This document shows, in pieces, positions 13,842-21,148 of a stretch of 21,148 bases of DNA. The DNA lies in the NCBI GenBank assembly GCA_003559395.1, contig PWLL01000036.1, forward strand, positions 1 to 21,148, given 5' to 3'. The position numbers and the translations under genes are program-made. The DNA comes from Candidatus Iainarchaeum sp. GTDB lineage: Archaea > Iainarchaeota > Iainarchaeia > Iainarchaeales > CSSED10-239. Position 1 is the stretch's first letter; each line of letters starts with the position of its first letter. A model generated the notes under the pieces. The model searched no databases. It was not told the DNA's origin and was given only the letters and a program-made list of their open reading frames with translations.

Positions 13842-16800
13842 ATGAAGATAATTAAAAAAATAACACTAGTCTTAATCATAAGTAGCCTACTGTTTTTAAG
13901 CGGATGTTTAGATAAAATAGAAACCCACGAACGAGAAACCTGCCTAGCACTAACACACTATTCAGAAACATCCGTCGTGGATTGTAAATCACAAACAGAA
14001 TGTTTATCAAAAATGTTTGTTGAAAACCTGTCATCTTCAAAAAACATTCCCAAAGAAATACATAATAAAAACATAATCTATAAAAACAACATAGCATCAG
14101 CAACCTATTATTTTAACAAAAGTTCAGAAAACATAAAAGTAATAAATAACGCATGTTATACAAGAACAATGCCTAAAAAAATAGTAGACAACGTAAACGA
14201 TTTGTTTTTTTACTTAGCAAATATTTTTAAATATCTAGATAGATCTTCAAAAACAAGCATAGAAATATTAAAAGACTACGCAATATATCTTAAAAACCAA
14301 GACGTTCATCTGATATCAGAAGAAGAACTATATTTAGACTTTATAGAAATAAACAACAACCTTAACGAACTAGCAGATATAACTATAAAAGAAACATATG
14401 TTGGAAACTTAAAAGAAAACGCAAAAAAAATAAATGAAGCAGCAAAAGAACTTGGATTTAAAGAAACCTACATCTCAAAAGTAAGCTATCTTGATTTGTT
14501 TGCATACTATTATGAATTTTCAGAAGAAGTGCAAGAAAAAGAAAAAAAACTACCAAGCCTAAGTTTGTCAACCTCATACATATTTTCAAAAATATCTAAC
14601 CTAATGATACTAGAAAAAATAAACGTACAATTGTCTAGAACGGACAAATATAATTTGTTTTTACTTTTAGACAAACACATGGGTCTTAAAAACTCAACAA
14701 CCACAGAATTTAAAAAACTAAATAATAGAATTGTGAAAAATCTAAAACAGGTTTTTGAAAAAATAACAGAACTAGAAGAAAAAATTGAAAGCGAAAAAGA
14801 ATATTTAAACGAAGAACAAAAAATAAAACACATTGTTACAACACACGAATACGAATATCAAGATATGAGTTTTGGAAAATATTTAAAAATACTAAAAGCA
14901 CTTGCAATAAACATAGAACAAAACAAAATAACCATACTAGAAAAAGAACAAAAACAAAAAGAAGAACTAGAAGAATGCGAAATAATAATAAAAGAAGAAA
15001 AACTAAAAAACAACGTTTTCTTAAGAAAACTAATAGAAACATATGAACAAGAAGACAACTACGTTAGAAAAAAAGAAATTTGTGAGAAAATAAAAAACAA
15101 TTATGACGTAGTTGAATGTCAAAAAGAATTGTTGTTGGTAATAGAAGAAAAAAATGATATCTTTAGAGAATATCGGTTTTTAGAATATGAAATAATTGAT
15201 GATGAAGAATGCCAAAATGTTTTAGGGTTGTTTGAACACAGATTAAATAACCACGAAAAAATAAAAATAATTAATCAAATAATAGAAGAAAATAAACAAT
15301 TGTTTTTAGACTATGAAAAACTAAAAAGATATGACCTAGAAAAAGAAATTAAAATCAGCACCTTAAAAGAAGAAAATAAAAGCTACGAGACATTAAGAAA
15401 CACACAAAAAATAATAGATGTTGATAAAAAAATAAACAACCTTAATAACCTTAGTAAAAAAATAAAAGAAATAAATGACCACTTATTAGAAAAATATGTT
15501 GCAGAAAAAATAAAGATAGAATATAGAAATTACAAATATTATTTGATAATAAATAACCCAACATCTAAAGAACAAAACCAAATAAGAATAAAAACAGAAA
15601 ACGTAAACTTTAGTGAAATTAAATCAAACACACAAAAACTAAGAATCACAAAAGACTATATTACTTTTTACGATGTGAAAAAAGGAGAAAACAAATACGA
15701 AATAGAATATCGTAACAAACAAAAAATAACAACCAACATACTAGATTTAAGAGCAGGACAAAGCCTGATGGAGACGAGAATAGAAAACGAAGTAAGTGGG
15801 TTAAAAGGAACACTAAATGTAGGACGCGCAGAAATTGCAGACAAAACAAAATACGTTTTAGACAAAAACCACACCATTTCTTTTATTACAGAACCAATAA
15901 ACAGAATAATTTATTATAAAAACATAATCAGTAAAGAAAAAATGTTTGTAGAAATTACAGAAACAAACGAAGAAAGATATGTGGTGTCAGAAAGATATAA
16001 AATAACAAACAACGCCTTAGAAAAAATAAACGGAAACTTAGGCCTAATAACAATAAACAACGAAATAGTGTTAGTTAAAAAAGATCAAGAAAATATAGAC
16101 ACACAAATAGAAAACAATCTTCTAAGAATAAACATAACCCTAGACGTGTTTGAAACATTAATCGTAGACGTATATAGAATGAAAGAAAAAGAAGAAATTA
16201 TAAAAGATATGCAAAAAATAGCATCCTTGATCATTCAATTACAACAATCTGTTTTTGAAGAAGTAAGAGAAAAAGCAAAAACCTTAGAAGCACCACCAAA
16301 AGAAATAGAAAATTATAATTTAGAAGACATAAAAAAAATGTACCTACTAGAAACAAAAATAAACCAAATTAAAGAAAAACAAAAAAATAAAGAACAAACA
16401 GAAGACCAAATCAACTTGCTATTATATAAAATGTTAGAAACAGAACCAGAATATGAAAAAGAAATAAATGATCTAAAAAAAAACATGCATGGCAACATAG
16501 ATCAAACATATCAAAAAACCCTTTTTCTTGAAAAAAAAATAGCAGACGACAAAAGAGAAGCAACCACAGAACAAGAACAAAAACTAAACAAACAATTTAA
16601 TAGTTTTTTAGAAATAAAAGAAGAACTAAAAATAGATAATCAAAAAATAAATACCCTCTTTAAAGACTACAAACTAGAAGAAACAAACCCAGAAAAAACA
16701 ATAAAAGAAATAGAAGACCTAATCAATTGGGAAACAAAAATAATTACAGACCACATTTATGACAAAATAAGATATGTAGAAAAAACAAACATAAAAGAAA

Positions 16801-17390
16801 TAGAAAAAATTAAAGAAAACATAGATTGGCTGTACGAATACGTAAGCCTTAAAGAAATGTATGATGTAAACTACTATCCAAACATAACAAGTGCAGATGG
16901 AGAAAGATTACTTAAAAAAGCACAATTTTTAGAAACAATTACTCTAAAAGAACAAATACTGTCTTTTAAAGAAAACTATGAAAAACAAGAATACTATAGT
17001 GCACAATCTAGAATCCCAGACATAACAAAACAAAGAATAAACGAAATAAAAACAGAAAAAGAATTTATAGAAAGAGAAATAAACAATATAAAAAAAGATG
17101 CCAAAGAAGAACTTAATCTTTATTTACAAACACGTGCTCAAGAAGAAAATTTAGAAACGCTTGCACTTGCAAAAGAAAACTATGACAAAGAACAATATCT
17201 TTACGTGCTTTTTTTATTAAGAAACATATCAGATATAGAAAAAAACAAAATAGCACTAGATTTAGAAACGATTGTTTATTTTTTAATAATTAGTTTGTTT
17301 ATAGCATTGTTTGTTTATTTTAAAAAAGAAAAGAAAAAAGACAAAACAAACATTAACGAAAGAAAACAAAAAATAATAAGACACTACTAA
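13842..17390 (+). CDS. 1182-aa surface protein: lipobox signal peptide, long helical/coiled-coil arms flanking a beta-rich central domain, C-terminal TM anchor and basic tail
   Basis: MKIIKKITLVLIISSLLFLSGC is signal peptide + L-S-G-C lipobox (Cys codon 13905-13907). aa ~120-550 and ~780-1140 are K/E/I/N-rich and heptad-like. aa ~555-780 (nt ~15504-16181) are beta-like (YYLIINN, IRIKTENV, YITFYDV, YEIEYRN, TISFITE, MFVEITE, RYVVSERYKITNN, IVLVKKD). TM IVYFLIISLFIALFVYF (17271-17321) is followed by KKEKKKDK. No family recognised. Confidence 0.85.
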   Translation: MKIIKKITLVLIISSLLFLSGCLDKIETHERETCLALTHYSETSVVDCKSQTECLSKMFVENLSSSKNIPKEIHNKNIIYKNNIASATYYFNKSSENIKVINNACYTRTMPKKIVDNVNDLFFYLANIFKYLDRSSKTSIEILKDYAIYLKNQDVHLISEEELYLDFIEINNNLNELADITIKETYVGNLKENAKKINEAAKELGFKETYISKVSYLDLFAYYYEFSEEVQEKEKKLPSLSLSTSYIFSKISNLMILEKINVQLSRTDKYNLFLLLDKHMGLKNSTTTEFKKLNNRIVKNLKQVFEKITELEEKIESEKEYLNEEQKIKHIVTTHEYEYQDMSFGKYLKILKALAINIEQNKITILEKEQKQKEELEECEIIIKEEKLKNNVFLRKLIETYEQEDNYVRKKEICEKIKNNYDVVECQKELLLVIEEKNDIFREYRFLEYEIIDDEECQNVLGLFEHRLNNHEKIKIINQIIEENKQLFLDYEKLKRYDLEKEIKISTLKEENKSYETLRNTQKIIDVDKKINNLNNLSKKIKEINDHLLEKYVAEKIKIEYRNYKYYLIINNPTSKEQNQIRIKTENVNFSEIKSNTQKLRITKDYITFYDVKKGENKYEIEYRNKQKITTNILDLRAGQSLMETRIENEVSGLKGTLNVGRAEIADKTKYVLDKNHTISFITEPINRIIYYKNIISKEKMFVEITETNEERYVVSERYKITNNALEKINGNLGLITINNEIVLVKKDQENIDTQIENNLLRINITLDVFETLIVDVYRMKEKEEIIKDMQKIASLIIQLQQSVFEEVREKAKTLEAPPKEIENYNLEDIKKMYLLETKINQIKEKQKNKEQTEDQINLLLYKMLETEPEYEKEINDLKKNMHGNIDQTYQKTLFLEKKIADDKREATTEQEQKLNKQFNSFLEIKEELKIDNQKINTLFKDYKLEETNPEKTIKEIEDLINWETKIITDHIYDKIRYVEKTNIKEIEKIKENIDWLYEYVSLKEMYDVNYYPNITSADGERLLKKAQFLETITLKEQILSFKENYEKQEYYSAQSRIPDITKQRINEIKTEKEFIEREINNIKKDAKEELNLYLQTRAQEENLETLALAKENYDKEQYLYVLFLLRNISDIEKNKIALDLETIVYFLIISLFIALFVYFKKEKKKDKTNINERKQKIIRHY

Positions 17391-17440
17391 ACAAAGAACA
17401 ATTTAAAAATTGATCTTTTCATAAACATATTTGAAGAAAC

Positions 17441-18031
17441 ATGCTTAAAATAGGAATCGATCTTGATAACACGCTTGCGCCAACAACAGAAACAATAATT
17501 AAATATACGCGAGAAACAAAGAAAAAATATACATTTAAAGGACTAAATTCAACAAAACAATATACAATAGAAGAAAAAGAAAAATTTTATAACTTTGTAA
17601 ATCAAACCATAAATCAACAACACCCAAAATCATTTTTGCCAATAAAAGACACCGTAGACATTATACCAAAACTTGCAAAAAAACACAAATTATATATATT
17701 AACTGGACGCACACACAAAAACGAAAAACCAACCAAAAAATGGGTTGACACACACTTTCCAAAACAATTTCAAAAAATTGTTTTTAGTAAATATGTAAAC
17801 GTTGAACAATACATTAAAAACAAAGGACAAAGATGTAAAGAATATAAAATTGATGTGTTAGTTGACGATGTTTTAGATAACATTTGGGATTGTCATAAAA
17901 AAGAAATAAATACAATACTATTTGATTTTAATAAACAATATAGCTGGACAAAAGGAAAAATACCAAAAACAACAAAAATTGCACACGACTGGATACAAGT
18001 GTCCGAAATGATTGAAGAAATGGACGTGTGA
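17441..18031 (+). CDS. HAD-superfamily hydrolase, 5'(3')-deoxyribonucleotidase (NT5C)-like
   Basis: Motif I IGIDLDNTLA (DxDxT), motif II YILTGRT, motif IV VLVDDVLDN. The size (196 aa) and cap position fit NT5C-type nucleotidases. Confidence 0.7.
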   Translation: MLKIGIDLDNTLAPTTETIIKYTRETKKKYTFKGLNSTKQYTIEEKEKFYNFVNQTINQQHPKSFLPIKDTVDIIPKLAKKHKLYILTGRTHKNEKPTKKWVDTHFPKQFQKIVFSKYVNVEQYIKNKGQRCKEYKIDVLVDDVLDNIWDCHKKEINTILFDFNKQYSWTKGKIPKTTKIAHDWIQVSEMIEEMDV

Positions 18032-18082
18032 TTAAAAAACAACTGCTTTTAAAAAAATAACAGATTATAAACTTTTTGATAG

Positions 18083-18098
18083 TATATATTATATAAAG
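18083..18098 (+). promoter_or_regulatory. TATA-like region (TATATATTATATAAAG)
   Basis: Lies 23-38 nt upstream of the ATG at 18121. The call is weak because of the AT-rich background. Confidence 0.25.
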
Positions 18099-18111
18099 AA
18101 AAGAAATTTTT

Positions 18112-18116
18112 GGTGA
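18112..18116 (+). promoter_or_regulatory. Shine-Dalgarno GGTGA
   Basis: Lies 4 nt upstream of the ATG at 18121. Confidence 0.5.
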
Positions 18117-18120
18117 CTAT

Positions 18121-19284
18121 ATGAATATAAAAAATCTATTACCTATTTTTTTAATAATATTAATGTTAAGCGTTATACATGCCACACCTATAGAAGAAAA
18201 AACACTATCGGAAATGGGCTATCAAAACTTAACTGTAGAACGACACGAAGAAAAATGTTTTGATATAAACATTCCAGAATTAGAATCAACAAACGATTCA
18301 ACATTTGTTTTTGTCTTAAAGATTGAAAACTATATTCCCGTTAATAAAGATGTGATCTTTAAAATATATTTAAATGAAAAACTAGAAAAAACAATAGACT
18401 CAAAAGATATTAAACAAAAAAACATAATAAAACTAGACCACTATATACAAAAAGAAAACAAATTGAAATTGTGTATAGAAAACCACTTTATTCCAAGAAT
18501 TATAATTTCAAAAGAAAGCAAAATAGGAAATTATTTATTAGCCAAAATAGAAGATTCAGACCTATACCAAATAGTGCCATCTAAAATAAAAACAAACACC
18601 ATGACGCCTATAGAAATAGTATTTAGAAATAGAGGTGCAAATGACGCATATGTCAATGTTGAAAATGCAACGGACAGATATTTAATAAACAATCTATTAA
18701 ACCACATATCCGGAGAATATAAATATGAAGGATGGCTTTTGGCTGGTGAAGAAAAAAGAATAAAATATTTTATAAAAACAAAAGAAGACCTACTATATAT
18801 TTCGCCACGAGCAAAATTAACATACACAAACGAATTTGGCGAAGAAATTAAAATTATTACAGAACCCTTAGTAATAAAAGCAGAAAAAGAAAAAGCACTA
18901 TTAGATATTTTTATAGACCTTCCTAAAAACATAACAAATAGAGAAAATACAAACGGAACAATAATACTAAGAAACAACTCAAACAATGACATTTCAGATT
19001 TGTACGTGGGGATTAACTCTACAGAAGCAACAGAAATTTTAGACCAATACAAAACAACTATTAGAAGAAAAGAAGTAATACAAATACCAATACAAATCAA
19101 AACTTACGACAACAAAGATTTTAAAATAGAATATTATTTTGAATACACAACTTTAGATGACGAATATAAACAATCCAAAATTACCGAACACAACATAAAA
19201 CAAAAACAAGAACAAGTTTTTGAAATAATAGGCATATTTATAATTTTGTTTATAATAATTTATGTTTGGTTTTTAAAAAGCTAA
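18121..19284 (+). CDS. surface protein: signal peptide, tandem CARDB/Ig-like beta-sandwich repeats, C-terminal TM anchor
   Basis: MNIKNLLPIFLIILMLSVIHA|TP signal peptide. Two similar modules begin IEIVFRNRGANDAYVNV and GTIILRNNSNNDISDLYV. C-terminal TM FEIIGIFIILFIIIYVWFL. Several N-x-S/T sequons. Confidence 0.8.
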   Translation: MNIKNLLPIFLIILMLSVIHATPIEEKTLSEMGYQNLTVERHEEKCFDINIPELESTNDSTFVFVLKIENYIPVNKDVIFKIYLNEKLEKTIDSKDIKQKNIIKLDHYIQKENKLKLCIENHFIPRIIISKESKIGNYLLAKIEDSDLYQIVPSKIKTNTMTPIEIVFRNRGANDAYVNVENATDRYLINNLLNHISGEYKYEGWLLAGEEKRIKYFIKTKEDLLYISPRAKLTYTNEFGEEIKIITEPLVIKAEKEKALLDIFIDLPKNITNRENTNGTIILRNNSNNDISDLYVGINSTEATEILDQYKTTIRRKEVIQIPIQIKTYDNKDFKIEYYFEYTTLDDEYKQSKITEHNIKQKQEQVFEIIGIFIILFIIIYVWFLKS

Positions 19285-21005
19285 ACAATCCTTTTAAACA
19301 TTTTTTCAAAATCATTTAAAGATAAAATTATAACTGTTGGACGGCCATGAGCACAAATCATCTTGTGTTCGCAAGCATCTAATTCTTTAATTAATTTTTT
19401 TATTTCAAAAAAAGAAAGTGACTGGTTTGCTTTTATAGATTCTGAACAAGAATATTTTTTAAGAATGTTTGATTTTATAGTTTTATAATTTTCAGTAATA
19501 TTATCTTGAAGATCATTAACTAAATTTAAAAACACGTTTGTATCAAAATACGTTTTTATAAAAAAAGGAATGGTTGTAAGACATACGACGTTGTCTTTAA
19601 AGATATAATCAAAACCAAGATCAAAAAATAAGGTTTTATTTTCTTTTAAAAACAACATTTGATGATCGTTCAAAAAAGGAATTTTTTTTTCAAAAACTAA
19701 TCTTTGTTTTTCAGTAAGTTTGTCTTCAGATTGTTCGTTTTTTTCTAAATTTATTCTTTCTGCAGCTGCGTGTTGGTCAATAATAAGTGCTTCTTTTTTA
19801 GTTTCACATAAGATGTAGGTTTCGTGTATTTGTCCAACAATTCGCACAATCTCTTTGTTGTTAAAAACTAACGGGGCCTCAACATCTTCTTTTGCAACAA
19901 AATAGTTTTGTCGAACATTTAATTTTTCAGAAAAACGCATTTTTGGAGTGCTTGGTGTTTGTTTATCAGAAAAACTATTAAAAGAAGATGGTTTTTTAAA
20001 AAAAGAAGCATCTGGCGTTTTAAAAGATTTGGTTACTTCTTTATCAGAAAACAAAACCGACGACATTTTTTCTTTAAAATCTATTAAAAAAATTGATTCG
20101 TTTTGTAATTTTACAAGTCTTTTTTTAGGATGCACGTTTACGTCAATTGTGTTTGGAACAATATTGAAAAATAAAATAAAAAATGGTTTTTCTTGAATCA
20201 TAAGATAATCTTTATAAAGCGTTTTTAACAACGCATTTAGTTGAGGAAAATGAACACACCTTCCGTTTATATATACAAAATTTCTAGGATAATTAAAATT
20301 AGATCTTGGTTTTAAAACAACACCTTTAACACTATAAAAATCAGAATCTAAATCAACATCAATTGTTTTGTTTTTAAATTCTTTTCCAAAAACTTGAAGA
20401 AATCTATTTTCTCTTGAGGTGTTATAAAAAATTTCGTTCTTTTTTTCAGAAGAAAATAAAAATTTAATTTGTGGGTTCGCAACAACAAACTCTAAAAAAA
20501 CATCATAAATTTTAGAAAACTCAAAAGATTTTGATTTAAGAAATTTTTTCCTAACCGGCAGATTGTAAAAAAGGTCTCTAATTGTGATTTGGGTTCCTTT
20601 TTTAAATGACTTTGACACAAGATTTTTATTTAAATCTAATAAACAACCTTTTCCAGAATCATCTGTTGAAGATAAAATTTCAACATGTGATACTGAAGAA
20701 ATACTAGATAAGGCCTCACCTCTAAAACCAAAACTATTTAAAGAATACAAATCATCAATGTCGTTTATTTTACTAGTGGTATATTTTTCTAAACAAATAT
20801 TCAAATCATCTTTATTTATTCCAACACCATCATCAACAATTTCAATTAGCTCAACACCAGCAGATTTTACATTTACTTTTATAGTTTTTGCATGCGCATC
20901 AATAGAGTTTTCAATTAACTCTTTTAAAACATCTGCAGGACACTCAATAACCTCACCCGCGTTTATCAAATCAATTGTTTTTTTATTTAATTTTTTTATA
21001 CTCAT
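19281..21005 (-). CDS. mutL: DNA mismatch repair protein MutL (endonuclease-type)
   Basis: GHKL ATPase motifs (VLKELIENSIDA, DDGVGI, GFRGEALSSI). C-terminal endonuclease motif DQHAAAERINLE (19743-19778). QRLVFE (19689-19706) sits at the position of the clamp-binding QxxLxP motif. SCSESIKAN and CAHGRPT motifs are present. Confidence 0.93.
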   Translation of the reverse strand: MSIKKLNKKTIDLINAGEVIECPADVLKELIENSIDAHAKTIKVNVKSAGVELIEIVDDGVGINKDDLNICLEKYTTSKINDIDDLYSLNSFGFRGEALSSISSVSHVEILSSTDDSGKGCLLDLNKNLVSKSFKKGTQITIRDLFYNLPVRKKFLKSKSFEFSKIYDVFLEFVVANPQIKFLFSSEKKNEIFYNTSRENRFLQVFGKEFKNKTIDVDLDSDFYSVKGVVLKPRSNFNYPRNFVYINGRCVHFPQLNALLKTLYKDYLMIQEKPFFILFFNIVPNTIDVNVHPKKRLVKLQNESIFLIDFKEKMSSVLFSDKEVTKSFKTPDASFFKKPSSFNSFSDKQTPSTPKMRFSEKLNVRQNYFVAKEDVEAPLVFNNKEIVRIVGQIHETYILCETKKEALIIDQHAAAERINLEKNEQSEDKLTEKQRLVFEKKIPFLNDHQMLFLKENKTLFFDLGFDYIFKDNVVCLTTIPFFIKTYFDTNVFLNLVNDLQDNITENYKTIKSNILKKYSCSESIKANQSLSFFEIKKLIKELDACEHKMICAHGRPTVIILSLNDFEKMFKRIV

Positions 21006-21148
21006 ATAATCTTTTCTTTTATTTCTTTCATGTGGTTTTGCTTTTTTTCAATAATCTCTTTTGTACCAATATCTTTTCTAAACCACACGTCACCTTTTAT
21101 TTTTTCACAAATCATTTGCGCTTTCTTTTCTGCATCAAAAAGATCATC
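21002..21148 (-). CDS. 3' end of an upstream gene whose TGA stop overlaps the mutL ATG (ATGA); product unknown, possibly mutS
   Basis: The minus-strand frame is open from the window edge: DDLFDAEKKAQMICEKIKGDVWFRKDIGTKEIIEKKQNHMKEIKEKII*. The stop is at 21004-21002 and the mutL ATG at 21005-21003. The mutS identity is only a guess from gene order. Confidence 0.45.
   Translation of the reverse strand, partial: DDLFDAEKKAQMICEKIKGDVWFRKDIGTKEIIEKKQNHMKEIKEKII

Noticed and set aside
18531-19100. 189-aa minus-strand ORF inside the 387-aa surface protein gene
   Set aside because: It is the same shadow-ORF artefact, a low-complexity F/S/I/L translation. The sense-strand gene has an SD, a signal peptide, domain repeats and a TM anchor.
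20584-21009. 141-aa plus-strand ORF (and 19948-20196) inside mutL
   Set aside because: It lies antisense to MutL, whose motifs are unambiguous. The composition is shadow-ORF-like.
1-21148. Searched for tRNA/rRNA genes, CRISPR arrays, transposases, integrases, terminal inverted repeats, toxin-antitoxin pairs and in-frame stop recoding
   Set aside because: There are no GC-rich islands of tRNA size. No repeat-spacer arrays are present and no recombinase-like ORFs. All long ORFs are intact under the standard code, with TAA, TAG and TGA all used as stops.

Overview
This is a very AT-rich window (by eye about a quarter to under a third G+C, not computed). It is densely packed, over 90% coding by my coordinates. 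I call 18 complete and 2 edge-truncated protein genes. I can support no rRNA, tRNA, CRISPR array, transposase or integrase.

Likely source (inference): a small-genome, low-GC archaeon of the DPANN type. The evidence is Taw3, a radical-SAM/GNAT Elp3, DUF373, a small PRC-barrel protein, Lrp/AsnC, GAGGT/GGTGA/GTGAT Shine-Dalgarno motifs before operon-internal genes, TATA-like boxes about 15-35 nt ahead of operon-first ATGs, and K/I/N/E-rich proteins.

Coding strands are visibly A-rich, so strand blocks can be read off directly: + 1-5873, - 5901-8708, + 8875-9861, - 9858-10457, + 10618-19284, - 19281-21148.

Confident calls: Lrp/AsnC regulator, type IA topoisomerase, NFACT-N protein, PRC-barrel protein, SpoIIM-like and DUF373 membrane proteins, SPFH/stomatin, Taw3, Elp3, HAD nucleotidase-like protein and MutL.

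Main leads:
1. A stand-alone wHTH gene plus a 116-aa CARF-like Rossmann gene (a split, Csa3-like arrangement with no CRISPR-Cas nearby). The pair sits just upstream of a 1182-aa surface protein with a lipobox and a C-terminal TM helix.
2. A truncated NFACT (RqcH/Rqc2-like) gene with NK in place of the DR motif. It is tightly coupled to a membrane-anchored coiled-coil protein with a transglutaminase-like C-terminus that seems to lack the nucleophile Cys.
3. A bacterial-type MutL endonuclease in an archaeal context.

All family assignments come from motif reading by eye and need profile or structure searches.
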